A stretch of DNA of 64,000 nucleotides from Octopus vulgaris (taxonomy: Eukaryota): positions 132,246,001 to 132,310,000 of the forward strand of contig OX597814.1 in NCBI GenBank assembly GCA_951406725.2. Direction: 5' to 3'. Below the pieces are notes generated by a model that did no database searches, was not told the origin of the DNA, and worked only from the letters and a program-made list of their open reading frames with translations. Positions 1 through 13,559 of this stretch are shown here, one piece after another. The translations under genes and the position numbers were made by a program. The first letter of the stretch is position 1. Every line of letters begins with the position of its first letter.

Positions 1-460
1 ATAAAAACAACACCACAGAGTAATCGACGTAAGCTTAAATAATAAACCCCGATAGGTGAAACGCAATAGGTGGGCCGCGCTATGACTAGGTATTAGTATA
101 TGTCATATAGTACAAAATAAATAAAGTAAATACATAAATAAAAATAAAAATTAAAAGCAAAAAATAAGAAATAAAAATAAGTTGGTCATTCCCATGGTTC
201 CGGGTTATTATTATTGTTGTTAAGATATTAATTTTATATATAATTTCTTGATAATTATTAGTTATGATATGTATATCTATTTATTTATTATGCTTCATTA
301 TAATTTTTATAACGTGATTTAACGTATTACATATAATATAATTTGATAATTAGTTTTGTACGACAATACGTTATTAAATAATTAGGCGGTATATTTATTA
401 CATAGTATTACATTTAAGTAAATTAGTTTTATATTAATTGATATTTTGGTTAACTATACT

Positions 461-630
461 GTTACATTCTGAGTTCAAATTCCGCCGAGGTCGACTTTGC
501 CTTTCATCCTTTCGGGGTCGATAAATTAAGTACCAGTTAAGCACTGGGGTCGATGTAATCGACTTAATCCGTTTGTCTGTCCTTGTTTGTCCTCTCTGTG
601 TTTAGCCCCTTGTGGGTAGTAAGGAAATAT
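461..630 (+). mobile_element. tRNA-derived SINE (MetaSINE-like core), 5'-truncated
   Basis: gagttcaaattcc B-box followed by gccgaggtcgactttgcctttcatcctttcggggtcgataaattaagtaccag; the same block recurs at about 9263, 16455, 17431, 29258, 35761 and 48780. Confidence 0.85.
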
Positions 631-915
631 ATATTATTGAGTAAAATATTAAATCTATAGATACTATATATATATATTAATTATATAGTTAGTTTATCTA
701 ATAGGTGTGTATATATTTGAATCACTTCCTATTTTTAATTCCAATATTTATAGCTTGTACTAACATTATGCATATTACTTAACATTAAGGTTTTAAATAT
801 AAATTACTTAATGAGTATAATATTTTATTTAGATGTTTATTAAATACATAAATTAATCAATTAATAATTTTATTTAATGTATATAGTTTAAATTATAGTA
901 TTTAGTTTTCACTAA

Positions 916-959
<44 letters not shown>

Positions 960-2163
960 CATTATTATTATTATTATTATTATTGTGAAAACCACATAAC
1001 AGACCAAGGGACACAACTGTTATATTTAGATGAAAAAGATCTTACGAAAATATAAATAGTTCGTACATGTCTGACTGGTGGGTTGACAAATTGTCCCGTT
1101 TGTTTACTTTGCAGTTAATGTGAGTCCTTTATTCTTCCCTTATTAATTGAGGTAAATAGTTTCTATTACTAGTTATATCTAATAAATTTATAACATATAT
1201 AGAGGTTTTTTACTTTTTAAATATTAACTTACGTTTGACATAATAACGGTAATATATACTATTATTGATAGGGGTAGATTTCACAATAAATTATTAATTC
1301 CCGTAAAATTTATATAGATAGGCGGTTTAATTTGACGAGGTTATAAAATAATCGATGAGGGTTTTTTATGTTTAGCACTTTCTATATACATATATCGCTA
1401 TTATACTTTTAGATGTTTAATTTTATCAAATTTTCATGAATTTTTAAAATTATATAATTAAAAAATTTTTTAAATCTTTTAAATTTTGTAAAAATATATT
1501 AGGAAGTTATATATATATATATTATTTTTTATTCTTATCTTTAACGAAGATATCTTAGAATTTGTATGATTTAGTTAGATCCATTTCTTTCCTCTCATCC
1601 CTTTCTTTCGAAAAACGTTAGCTCGAAACGCCAAAGACTTTTCCATTCTTCCCAAGCGTCAAAATGATAATACATTTGCTTCACCTGTCTTCGTCTTTTG
1701 CTTCCTATGAAATTGAACTACACACACGCGCACGCACGTGGGTGTAGCGAAATGATAGACAGAATTTAGGGAAATAACATTCCTTTATCTTAATATCAAT
1801 ATAAAAAATCTTCCAATTTTTCTTAGAAAATGAGATATAACTTAAATCCCTTTAGCTTGTGTGTGTGTGCGTGTGATTATCAATCCTGCATTGTCAATCA
1901 ATTGGTTCTCCAAAGTTAGATAAAAAACAGCATACGGGTATTTGAACATTATTTCTTTACGCTACCTAAGGAAATGCTACAAAAAAATAAATAAATAAAT
2001 AAAGAAAGCAACATAAAATGATTTAACATTTTTTCATTTAGTTCCGTCATGAACCTTTCGAAGGTTTAATATATCTGCATATAAAGAAAAAAATCGTTTC
2101 CTTATTTCTGACTAATTGTTTGTTTTATTGCAATTATAATTATATTTTAATAATTATAATGGT

Positions 2164-2338
2164 AATTCTCTTTAATTTTGGCATAAGGCTAAAAGTTTTA
2201 TGGCGAGGGAAGTCGATTAAATCGACACCAGTGCTCAACTGGTAGTTATTTTATCGAACCCGAAAAATGAAATGTAAAGAGAATTTCGGTTGGGTTTGAA
2301 CTCAGAACCTAAAGACGATATGCCGCTAAGCATTCTGT
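2164..2338 (-). mobile_element. Diverged copy of the MetaSINE-like tRNA SINE
   Basis: Reverse-complement similarity to 17431-17830 (tttgaactcagaac, ttatcgaacccgaaaaatgaaa). Confidence 0.7.
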
Positions 2339-2804
2339 AATATAATAGGCAAAACGCCTCAAATTTTCGGGGAAATAGGCGAGTAAATTGCAACGACCAC
2401 AGGCTCAAATATATTACAGATCTGAAACTTTCTTTAAATGTAAGCATCCAAACTATTTTCTTTTATTGTCCTGGAAAACTGCCCCTTTTCCGGTTTAAGC
2501 ATGGGGTCACGCAAATTTTGCCTTTTTACCAACCTTATTAATTCCGGTTTAAAACGGCTGAAGGGACGCAACTCTTGACTTTATTTTTATCACATTTAAC
2601 ATCTTTATTTTCAAAGCCCGTCTGTCCTTCCGCATGTCTTTTCAAAAGACTGTGCTCTTTATCGTTTTTCAAAAAATACCAGCCATGATGTATAATTATG
2701 GCTGACAGAGTGCTTGGGAAAAAGTGGCACAGTATATCAGCGTGTCTGACAATCATGCTTTCACTGCATAAAACAATAGTAGCAAAAATATAAACTCTGT
2801 ATAT

Positions 2805-3142
2805 TGTTACCAACCACATGGTTCCGGGTAGAGTACCATTGTATGACACCTTGCGCAAGTGTCTCTACTTATAGCCTTGGGTCAACCAAAGCTTTGGGAG
2901 TGGATATAATAGATGGAGACTGATAGACGCCCATCGTGTATACATATATATATATATCTATATATGAGTGTTTTTCTGTTTGTGTATTCCAACCCACCAC
3001 CACTTGACAACCGGGTATGGGTTGTTTATGTCCCCGTAAACTAGCGATTCGACAAAAGTGAAGTATAGAATTAGTACAAGGCTTTAAAAAATAATAAGTC
3101 CTTAGGTCGATTTGTTTAACTAAAACCCTTCAAGGCGATGCT

Positions 3143-3145
<3 letters not shown>
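2805..3145 (+). mobile_element. tRNA/CORE-type SINE with internal microsatellite
   Basis: ccaaccacatggttccggg...gacaccttgcgcaagtgtct (CORE-like); homologous to 18180, 20020, 24415, 25225 and 47865. Confidence 0.75.
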
Positions 3146-3201
<56 letters not shown>

Positions 3202-3204
<3 letters not shown>

Positions 3205-4300
3205 TGAACAAGGTGTACGTTACGCCGCAATAATATAGGTATAAAAATTATATATAAAAAGGGACAAGAACGTGAAATACACAATGAGACGAACACAAAA
3301 AACGGACGGGTGATTCGAAGCCTTTAATCTTCAGTCAGGAACCGGATCATCATAGCAAATTTCGGCTGATTAATCCTGATATTGCTCCGAAACGGCCAGC
3401 GCCAATGAAAAACTAAGCTGTGAGCATTAGATTTCTTGTGTATTTCACGTTCTTGACCCTTTTTATATATAATTCTTATATCTATATTATTGCGGCGTAA
3501 CGTATACCTTGTTCCCTTATGTATGCTTACATTCCACCCATTGTACGACTTCTACACACTTTCTCTATACCTCACTTTCTGTCTTTCTCTTTCTCGCCTC
3601 TGATTCTTTGGTCTCTCTCTTCCCCCACTCTCTCACGTTTCTCTGTCTTTCTCGCTTTGCGCCATTGCTTCTGTTGCCAAGCCATCTTTGGCGCGCTCTG
3701 TCTCTTCTCCCCTCTTCCTTCCATCCTCTTTAATTCCTTCTTTCTCTCTCTCTCCCTACTCTCACGTGACCTGGTCATTCCTTGGCGTGTTCTGTTTCTT
3801 CCACCCTCTTTAATTCCTTCTCTCTCCTTCTCTCTCTCTCTCTACCCTCATGTGACCTGCTGAATAACCAGCCATTCCGCTGGTGACCGCTGCTGGTTCA
3901 ACATTGTCTTCGTTCGCCGAAAAGGCAATTTTTCCAAACACGCCTGCTAGATAAGTTAAATTTGTCTAAAGTCGTAAGACACCTGCTGTTGTCCTGTTAT
4001 TACCATTCTTGTTTTTATTTTTGTTTTTGTTTTTTGTATTTATATTCGTGTGGCTTCGTCCGTTTTTCTGTCCTTGTTTCGTTTACATTCGATCCTTTTT
4101 CCAAGAAATCTAATGCTCGCAGCTTAGTTTTCAATTGGGGCTGGCCGTTTCGGAGCAATATCAGGATTAATCAGCCGAAATTTGCTATGATGATCCGGTT
4201 CCTGACTGAAGATTAAAGGCTTCGAATCACCCGTCCGTTTTTTGTGTTCGTCTCATTGTGTATTTCACGTTCTTGTCCCTTTTTATATATAATTTTTACA

Positions 4301-4305
<5 letters not shown>
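3202..4305. mobile_element. Non-coding PLE-type insertion with inverted terminal arms, in (TA)n
   Basis: 3202-3437 is inverted at about 4100-4305 and partly at 3437-3519; (TA)n on both sides; related fragment at 35125-35260. Confidence 0.65.
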
Positions 4306-4334
<29 letters not shown>

Positions 4335-4598
4335 AGATATATTTAAGAATTTACAAAAAATTGTAGAGGAATAACTTACCTGTCTTTCTGATATTTTGTC
4401 TTGTGTGTAGTCAAGGAATGTTTGCTATTTTAAGGGACAGTGTGGGAGTTACGTTGGGGTGGAGGACAGCAATGAGGAATCAAAAGGATTATTTTGTTTC
4501 TAGGCTAGTCTATCATGGTTCAGTGGTTTTTCGGACTGGTCTTAGAGGTCAGAATGGTGGGAGTGTGTGTGTGTCTCTGTTCATTTCTCTATGTGTGA

Positions 4599-4635
<37 letters not shown>

Positions 4636-4638
<3 letters not shown>

Positions 4639-6020
4639 CTGGACATCTTAATTAGAATAGTTAACAACCACATAGAAACAGACATCTTTTATAAGACTCT
4701 AAACAATACCTATTATTTAACTCCTGTCACCCCAAACACATAAAAATCAATATACCCTTTAACCTAGCAAAAAGAATCTGCACCATAGTTTCCGATACAA
4801 GCACTCGTGAACATAGACTCCTTGAACTTAGATCTACACTAACTAAAAGACACTACCCAATCTCATTTGTAAATGAAGGCATCAAAAGAGCTAAGGGAAT
4901 AGATAAACAAAGATTAAGGAAAACTAGCCGAAATACTAAACAAGACTTAAAAATACTCCCGTACATCTCCACACATAACCCCAGAAACAACGAAGCCTTC
5001 AACATCATCACCCAAAACCTTCCCAACCCCACAGCAGACAAAACAATGAACGAAATTTTAAGCTCATATAAAATTATATAAAGCAAAAAGCAACCGAAGT
5101 CACCGAAAAGAATACTAACCAGCGCTAGACTTTACCCACTAACTACTGAGCCAAAAGTGACAAAATGTGGACGTTCTAACTGTGGAACATGCCCCCACTT
5201 TCTGGAGGGTTCAGAATTCTAATTCAAACAAGGTGAAATATTTAAGATTAAATCAAATTTCACCTGCGCTTCAGCAAATGTAATCTATGTCATGACATGC
5301 ATAGGATGTGGTAAACTCTATATTGGACAAACAGGAATTTCGCCCCGTCAAAGAATCACCTTTCACAAAGAGCAAATCCGTCAACCACAATACAGACAGT
5401 TAAAGGTGAGTGAACACATAGAAAGATGTGCCAGGAATCTTAATCCCAATTTCCAAATATTTCCCTTTTACCAATGCTCACAGAACACCTCAATGCAACA
5501 AAGGTTGAATAAAGAGGCATTTTTCATCAACAAATTTCTCCCCCAACTAAATATGAACACACAACTCAATACAGAACACCACTAACTCTTCAATTTAAAC
5601 CACTACACCCTATACAATTCCTACATCACCCACATCTCTAATTCCAGAACTACTTACCTCCCTTACAAATAATCCAGAACTACTTACCACCCTTACAAAT
5701 AATCTTTTTTCTCAGGAACTATTAGACCTGACACCGTATATTAACCGGTGTTGTTCAAACGATGAATAGCCTACGCGTAAACCAACTGGTTCGTTTTATT
5801 CTCTTACTTTATTATTATTATCATCTTATAATCATCTCATAATAATGACCTTTATTACTCGTATTACTACCTCAGTCAATCTAAATGTATATATGTGTCA
5901 CTACCTGTCATAAATAGCCTTTTTCTATCTGCAATATGCATTTTCGTTGGTTTTTCATATTTTACCCTTACATTTCCACGTGTATTTTATATTTTCTTTT
6001 CGTAACATATTTCAACTATA
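4636..6020 (+). mobile_element. Penelope-like retroelement (Neptune-like), 5'-truncated: RT thumb, Cys linker, GIY-YIG endonuclease
   Basis: FLDILI..TDIFYKT, SCHPKHIK..IPFNLAKRICTIVS, KCGRSNCGTC linker, NVIYVMTCIGCGKLYIGQTG..RITFH; contains stop/frameshifts; flanked by (TA)n. Confidence 0.85.
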
Positions 6021-6027
6021 TATATAT

Positions 6028-6085
<58 letters not shown>

Positions 6086-6283
6086 GTGCTTGTGATTTAT
6101 ATTTGGTAGGATGGTGTGTGCATGTGCATCATTAGAATTTGTCAGGATGCTGTATGTGCGCATGTGTGGATGTGTTTGTTCGCGTGTGTATATGTGTGCG
6201 TCTGTGTGTATATATGTTTGTTTGCGTGTGTGTATGTATGCGGCTGTGTGTGTGAGCGTCTGTGTGTGTGTGCGTGTGTGTAC

Positions 6284-6325
<42 letters not shown>

Positions 6326-6336
6326 GTGTGTGTGTG

Positions 6337-9250
6337 TCTATTCTGTATTTCATGTAGTTTGTTCTTAGTGCTTGCTCTTGGGCAGCACAGATTAGAGCCT
6401 CCGTTTCCGGTTTTAAATCACTTTTAGTCATCCACAGCCACCTTTTTCTCTGTCTGTCTTATCTTCAACATCCCTATGAAATTTACCCTGCATTCTTTTC
6501 TTTGCCTACCTATTTTTAGTTTCATTCGTTTCCAATTTCTTGTATATTGCTTTACTTTTGCAATCTTTCACTCTACACAAGCCTGGCTTTCTTACTTCTA
6601 AAAATAGCGTTTCTGAGGCATTTTTTACATACCGTGCTATGTTGTTTTCTTCTCCTTTAATGCTGTGTTTGCATCCAATAAGTCCACTTCCCCCTCTTTT
6701 TCTTGATACATATATGTCTGTGTCACTTTTTGGGTTGAGCGACCTACATCTAGTTAGCAACTTACATGTCTTTCTGTCTAAGCTGTTTAGTTTTTTTACT
6801 GTCCATGCGATTACCTCTGCTCCATATCTAAGGAATGAAACCGACCAGGTGTTATTAGCTTCGATCTTATTCCGTCCTTTTAATTTCGACTTAAGGATCA
6901 GTCTCAGTCTGCGCAGGTACTCCACCTTAAATCGTTCTGTCATTTTATCCATTTCCAAAATTCCCAAGCACTTATAGCCCGTCTCTTCTATCTGCTTCAT
7001 AACCTCCCCTGACGGTATCATGAGCCCGTCCATACATTTGATTTTGCCTTTCTTCAAGACTAACACACCACACTTTCTCAGTTCAAACTCCATTCGGATA
7101 TCAGCACTGAAGGTATACACCGTATCAACGAAGGAACTGACTTGGGCTTCATCCTCACCATAAAGTTTGAGATCATCCACGAATAACAAATGGCTGACTT
7201 TTTGTTGGCGGCTTTTGAAACATACCCAGCATTTGCTTTCCTCAAGATCAGTGTTAATGTCATCAAGCACAGTACAAAGATCAGTGGGGACAGGCAGTCC
7301 CCTTGGAAGATGCTCCTCCTAATTTCTACTCTCCGTAAACTTCTTCCGTATGCTGTCAGGTTCATCCTCCGATTCGTCATACTTTTTCCAAGCAATCGCT
7401 CAACATTCGATGCAATACCAAATAGGTTCATACACTTCATAATTCAAGAATTTGGGATCATATCGTACACCTTACGATAGACGATCCATGACATGGCTAA
7501 GTTAGCTTTCCTCCTCTTGCAGTCTCTGAGTACAGTTTTGTCTGTCAGGTGTTGATCCTTGATACCTCTGCACTGACGCTTGCAACCCTTCTGCTCATGT
7601 GGCAGGACTCCATTTTCTTTCAGAAGCTCGTACATTAACTCTGCGAGTATTCCAGTCAACAACTTCCCCATAAGTGGCAAATAGGATATCGGCATATAAT
7701 TGTCTACCCTATTGCCTTTTCCGATGTATTTCAGGCACAGCACTGTCCTACTCAATGTCAACTACTCTGGTATTATTTGGTCGGTATTTAACTAGGTATT
7801 GAGTTGCGCAGCTATTCGTGCATGACATTCACCAAAGCCAGTAGCCTTCAACTCCATCTGGTCCCGGGGCCTTCCAGCTGCTCACTTTTTGCCTATTTTC
7901 TTCACTTCCCTAACTGAAATGACTAGTTCTACATGCTTTGGATAGACTACTGTTTGCTTCAGTTCTTGCAACCATTCAGCATCCTTCTTGCTCCATCCTC
8001 GTCATTGCTCCATATGTCATTCCAAAACCTTTGACTTTCAATGTTATCTGGTATCAACTTCCCATCTGTACACTTTCCATGAATTTCTTTATAGAATCTC
8101 CTGAGATCTACTCTGAATAACCTCTTCTGATGACAAACCTTCATTCTTTAGTCGGATCTTACCATCTTTGATTTCTTTGCAACGAAGCGTTGTTTCAGTT
8201 CCTCCATTACTACTTTCAAGCCCTTTCTTTCAATATTATACTTCCTTTTCAGCGCCCTGTATTTTTGTTCGCTTTTCAGCTCTCCTTTCTCTTTTCTGTC
8301 TAACACAGAGATTTCCTTCGAGAGAATGTCTAACCCGGCCTGGATTCTTCTTTTCCACCATGGATCTTTCCTTTTTTTTCTTTTTTCACTCCCATTATGT
8401 TTCTTTTTCTTGACATCGACATCCACATTTTCTGCTACAACAATACTTGCTGCCTTGATCAAATTATTTGTTTCTGTGATTTCAGAAGTTCATTGAAATG
8501 TTTCGTTTCTTGGTTCAATTTCCATCGATCAACCTTTTTAAGGTTGCAAATAATGTCGCTATCGTTCTCCTGTAATCTTAACTTTATTCTGTCGTAGATT
8601 GCCTTTTGCTCATCTGTCATGTCGCTATTAGTTTTATTGTCTTCTTTTAGATCATCTATATGTCTCTCATCAAGTAAACTGCCACTGCTCCTTTCCTGTG
8701 CTATGATATTACTCTTATTAGTAAGAACTGTATTTTCATTGTTATCTCTGCTGCTATTTTCCATGACCGTCTTTTGATAGCTTTGAACTCTGTTTCTGTG
8801 AACCAACATTTTTTTCTTATTACTCTAGCTTGATCACATAGTCTCTGTTCAGTGAGTTGAAAGAATACCATTTCTCTCCAATGATCATACATACATTGTC
8901 GGTAACCCCTAATTTGAGCACCATTTTCATCTACCAGGCTGCTCAGGTAGTAATACTCTATGACCCCAGCATTAGTTTCTATGCAATGAGTGGTGGTCCC
9001 TTTCTGGATATCGACAGGCTGAAGTCGGATCAGAATCTCTGAGCCTAACGGATGTAACACTCTCACCATCATTGGCTCCAGTTTCATTACCGCAGTTATT
9101 CGCAATATGTTGCTCTTTCATTATCACTCATATGAGGTAGCGATTATCAGGTTTGCCAATTACCAGTGCTTTTATTGTGACACCATCACTAGATGTATCA
9201 TTAATCAGTTCATATGGAGGCTCCACCCGTTTCCTTTCATTAGTATCATT
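6337..9250 (-). mobile_element. Dong/R4-clade non-LTR retrotransposon, degraded
   Basis: ORF pieces [67 protein letters not shown] across many frameshifts. Confidence 0.9.
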
Positions 9251-9262
9251 ATCCTCATAACG

Positions 9263-9480
9263 CAGCGAGTTGGCAGAAACGTTAGCACGCCGGGCGAAAT
9301 GCGTAGCCGCATTTCGTCTGCCGTTACGTTGTGAGTTCACATTCCGCCGAGGTTGACTTTGCCTTTCATCCTTTCGGGGTCGATAAATTAAGTACCAGTT
9401 ACGCACTGGGGTCTATGTAATTAACTTAATCCCTTTGTCTGTCTCTTTATGTTTAGCCCCTTGTGGGCAATAAAGAAATA
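9263..9480 (+). mobile_element. MetaSINE-like tRNA SINE, near full length
   Basis: A-box tggcagaaacgttagc, B-box gagttcacattcc, shared core and tail. Confidence 0.85.
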
Positions 9481-9694
9481 TATCCTCATCACTGATATTA
9501 TTGTTTTTATGTGTAGTAGCAGCAATGGTTACAGCAGGGGTTGGGTAGTGGTAAGGGTGGTAGTTGGGCCTCAGAATCCTGTGCTATCATAATAGTAGTA
9601 GCTGTAGTATTATTGTAATATTAGTAGTATTTAGTATTAGCAACAGCAGTATATTATTTGTATTTTCATCATTATCACCATCACCAACATGTCC

Positions 9695-9761
<67 letters not shown>

Positions 9762-10245
9762 GAGTGAGAGAGCAGTTCATGCCATCAAAGTGACACTGGG
9801 GTAAAATATACAAAGCCCAATATACCCATCATGACTACCCGTCTGATAAGGGTACACCAGGCACATGCATCACAACCATATGTGCGCGACATGGTGATCT
9901 CATATCAAGATAAACAGCACATGACCTTGCAGGTGGGGCCCAGTTAGAATTTTCTTCAGGTTGAGTAGCCCATCCCGCTCAAAAGGTCCCTGAATAAGGG
10001 TTGTTTAAGTATGTTGAAAGAACCACCCATGTTACCAGAGGTGAATTATTCAAACCCCAAAGAATCCCTCTCAACACATGGCTATGATGCTCCCCCACTA
10101 CTTCTGTTCGTGATCAGAGATGCACATATCGTCAGCCACTAAGGGACATACTCAACTGGTTAAGGTCAAACAACTGACAAGCAAACCTGTGGTATTGAGC
10201 AGAATATTTGCTGTAGCCCATCTTTTATACCAAGACAAAACAATG
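9762..10245 (-). mobile_element. Non-coding element embedded in (TAA)n, probably mobilised by Dong/R4
   Basis: About 480 bp of higher-GC sequence between two long (TTA)n tracts; no credible ORF; family assignment is inference. Confidence 0.45.
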
Positions 10246-10261
10246 TTATTATTATTATTAC

Positions 10262-10358
<97 letters not shown>

Positions 10359-10589
10359 TTATAGATATATATAAAATTTAAAATGTTTCTTCTTGTTATA
10401 AACGACAAAACATTCGCAGCATAACTAAGGATTTTTATGGCAAAACTGAGAGTGCCGTCAAAGGTTTTAAGCAACAGGGAAATTGAAAAGAACAACGTGG
10501 GCCTTTCGCAAGTGTTCCACATTTAAGTCTTGCAACAATTGAAAAACACATAATTTACCTATGAACAGCAACAGTTCCTGAACGCCAAA

Positions 10590-10830
10590 AAGTATTAGCT
10601 TTCACCTTACACGCTCTGACCTGTAATTAAGTAACAAAGTAAGTTAACAACTGACCTTGTTGACTGCGGAATTCAAGCAAGTGTCTACTGCCACTCCTAC
10701 TTTCTATATTATACTCCGCTTTCATTTCCCACGCATTGTTGTACTCTTGCAGGAATATCGATTGCTGGCTGTAAGTCTTCTCAATAAGTGGGACGTAGAT
10801 TAGATTTTGTCATGATATTACTTTTGTATT
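10590..10830 (+). pseudogene. Orphan IL-17 promoter/exon-1 remnant
   Basis: Aligns to 18980-19200 (cctactttctata.tatactccgcttt.atttc; ttgcaggaata versus ttgcatgaata; donor gtaagt at 10771); ATG changed to AGG; no exon 2 seen downstream. Confidence 0.65.
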
Positions 10831-10894
10831 TCTCTAACAGCATATAATCTTAAAATAAGGAAACATTATTGGACGCAAATTGATATACATGTAT

Positions 10895-11158
10895 AAAAAA
10901 ATAAATGTTCCTTCCTTCACGAGCCATGCCAGGCTCATAAGGGCCGGTTTCCCGGTTTCAGTGCCATAGAAATTCCCCACCTGGACAGGACGCCGGTCCG
11001 TCGCAGGATTACTCATTTTTGCCAGCTGAGTGGACTGGAGCAACGTGAAGATGAAGTGTTTTGCTCAAGAACACAACTTATCGCTCGGTCCAGGAATCGA
11101 AACAACAACCTTACGATCATGAGTTCAACACCCTAACCACTAAGCCACGCGCCTCCAC
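10895..11158 (-). mobile_element. tRNA-headed CORE-type SINE with target-site duplication
   Basis: Head ggaggcgcgtggcttagtggttagg...gtttcgattcc; TSD tatacatgtat at 10884-10894 and 11159-11169. Confidence 0.85.
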
Positions 11159-11869
11159 TATACATGTATGAAGTTAGTTATTTTTCTTGAATTTGTTTAA
11201 CAGTATTAACAGGCCATGAGCTGGCAGTGGATATTGAAATAATTAAACACGCAGAAGAATTCTACATTATGGCAATGAGAAATTTACATAGAAATAAAAT
11301 CTAAAACACTTAATTTGTATACACACACACACATACATGCATACATATACATATGTGTGTGTGTGTTTATGGATAATGTATATTTATAATTATATCATGT
11401 AAAAATGCTTTATGTAAATGTGTGAGTATATGTATATGCGTTTGTATATACGGCACACTCACATAGTCTAGAACGCATTTAATGTAACTTTTTAACTACA
11501 TACACATGTATATATAAAAATTACTCACACATAAATGTATGGAGATGTACTGGTAGGTTTCAAATTGCTCTAAAATAACAGGGGTTATAATAGAAAAACT
11601 CACTGAGTATTCAATGCCCCTTTTTGAATATATACTTGATGTACATTGTTAAGGAATCCGAAATTTATTCCATCAACGATACGGAAATCACATCTAATTT
11701 GCTGATATATTGACAAGACTCTGTGAGTGTGTGTGTGGGTGTTTGGGTAGCAAATGAATATGCCTGTATTTGTCTTCTATATGTGTTTGGTCGGTACAGT
11801 TATGATTACATAGTCCTCCGGCTAAATTTCACAGTTGGCATAAAACGGAAACAATATCCCATACAAAAA

Positions 11870-12870
11870 TAAAAGTATTATAAAATTTTTTTTTAAATAT
11901 CAACTTGATTATGGCTGGGAGATAACATTTTACTCAGAATAGCCGCTTTCAGCTTCCACCACGGACTAAAGACTGCTCCGGAATTCGGCGATCGAACATC
12001 TCTTACATCTTGGCCACCAACTCGGCGTTTGTGTTGTAGATACAGCGGTTGGTGTTTTTTTCTGAACAGCACCATACGGATAGTAAATCATGGGATTGTA
12101 ACTGGAGGAATTAGGATGGCAGAAATTGGAGCTGATTAAATCGTAGGATTTCTCCGACAACTACTTCAAACTTTTTCCAGAAGTATGGCAAGGAACCGAA
12201 TTCTGGTGCCAGGCATATGGCCTCCCAGTAGAAACCTTTCAACACCCCCGTCTGACCTTTCAGTACCTCCGTCTGAAGGAAGTCTTCACGAAGTAGCTGG
12301 ATGAAAGAACCGAAGTAGCCCTCTCGAAGGCAGACTTCACAGACATGATACGCTTCCGTAGTGGTCATCATCCGGCACTCAGGCAGTGGCAAAAGATGGC
12401 AGGACGCAGCGACACAGATCAATGCAGACTCTGTAACGAGGTGGTGGAATCTGCAGAACATTTCTGGCTGAGATGTCCGACCCTGATGGTGGAACGCTAT
12501 ATCCGCCAACTAGGGGCTACAACGGATGAGATGATTCGTCTCCCTTCCGCGACTCTAGCGCTTCTGAGAGTTATCCTCAGGCGCTTGAGGTGACCAACAA
12601 CAACAACAATAACAGCTGCAGCAACCCTCTCAAGGTTTGACTACAGTCTCCAGCGGCTTCACGTAGCCGTCTAAATTGATCTTAATGCCCTATCTACCTA
12701 TGTGGGGTGACATGCCGTCACTCTCACTGGAGTCGCATCGAAATATCATCACAGTTTGTGGGAACTTGGTTTTCATGAAGCCCATGTTTGTCTTACAGCT
12801 TTCACAGAGCATTGAGAGGTAGTCATGATGTAGGCATTTTGATATTCGGTGCGAATCATCATGATACAGT
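11870..12870 (-). mobile_element. Tc1/mariner (maT/DD37D-like) transposase remnant, split by a LINE fragment
   Basis: MKTKFPQTVM...GIKIN..Y...LETVVKP, GRPYAWHQNSVPCHTSGK, NFCHPNSSSYNPM (degenerate WPPNSPDLNP). Confidence 0.8.
12244..12612 (+). mobile_element. 3' end of an I-group-like LINE
   Basis: RFRSGHH...CRLCNEVVESAEHFWLRCP (CCHC knuckle), stop followed by a (CAA)n tail; diverged TSD (aacctttcaa / aaccctctcaa). Confidence 0.75.
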
Positions 12871-13371
12871 TTTTTTTTGTATGTAAGCATATGGATATGA
12901 AAATAAACAGATCAGCATACAGACGGATAGGCACATAGGTTATAAGAACAGACAAGCACACATACGCAAATGGTGATTGAAATACATGACCATATATACA
13001 CACACACTTTACTCCACACAAGGACTCATATGGAGACACGGGTCCACACATATAGAGAAGCACATACATACATACAAACATGGTACATAGATGCAACACA
13101 CATACACACACAGACATGCACACACAAGGAGACAGAGGTACATACATATACAAACACACGCTCACACACACACGTACATAGAAAATATACAAACACGGAC
13201 ATGCAAGCACATGAATATGCAGAATACATACATACAGATGCACACACATACATATATACATATGCATACGCACACATATACATACACACATGCATGCATA
13301 CATACATGCATACATACATACATACATACATACATACATACATACATACATACATACATACATACATACAT

Positions 13372-13406
<35 letters not shown>

Positions 13407-13559
13407 TACATACGCTTTTGGTCGCCTTGAAAAGATCCTAAAAACGGCTTGAATTGAATGTAACTCTCATGTCGTTAGTACTGGACCAACGGGTTTTACT
13501 TCTCTGTATAGGTTGAAAAGGCGTTTTTTTCCGAAGTTTACCCGCAAGTTTTAATGATT

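Noticed and set aside
1-1560. Very AT-rich stretch with mitochondrial-looking peptides (RNHGND on -, LGGMF on +), considered as a NUMT
   Set aside because: Matches are only 5-6 residues with no extended ND4L or ND6 similarity; left unassigned
4195-4240. CTGAAGA...GAAT motif in the 3202-4305 element, considered as a hammerhead
   Set aside because: GAAT replaces GAAA in all three copies and there are no convincing stems I and III
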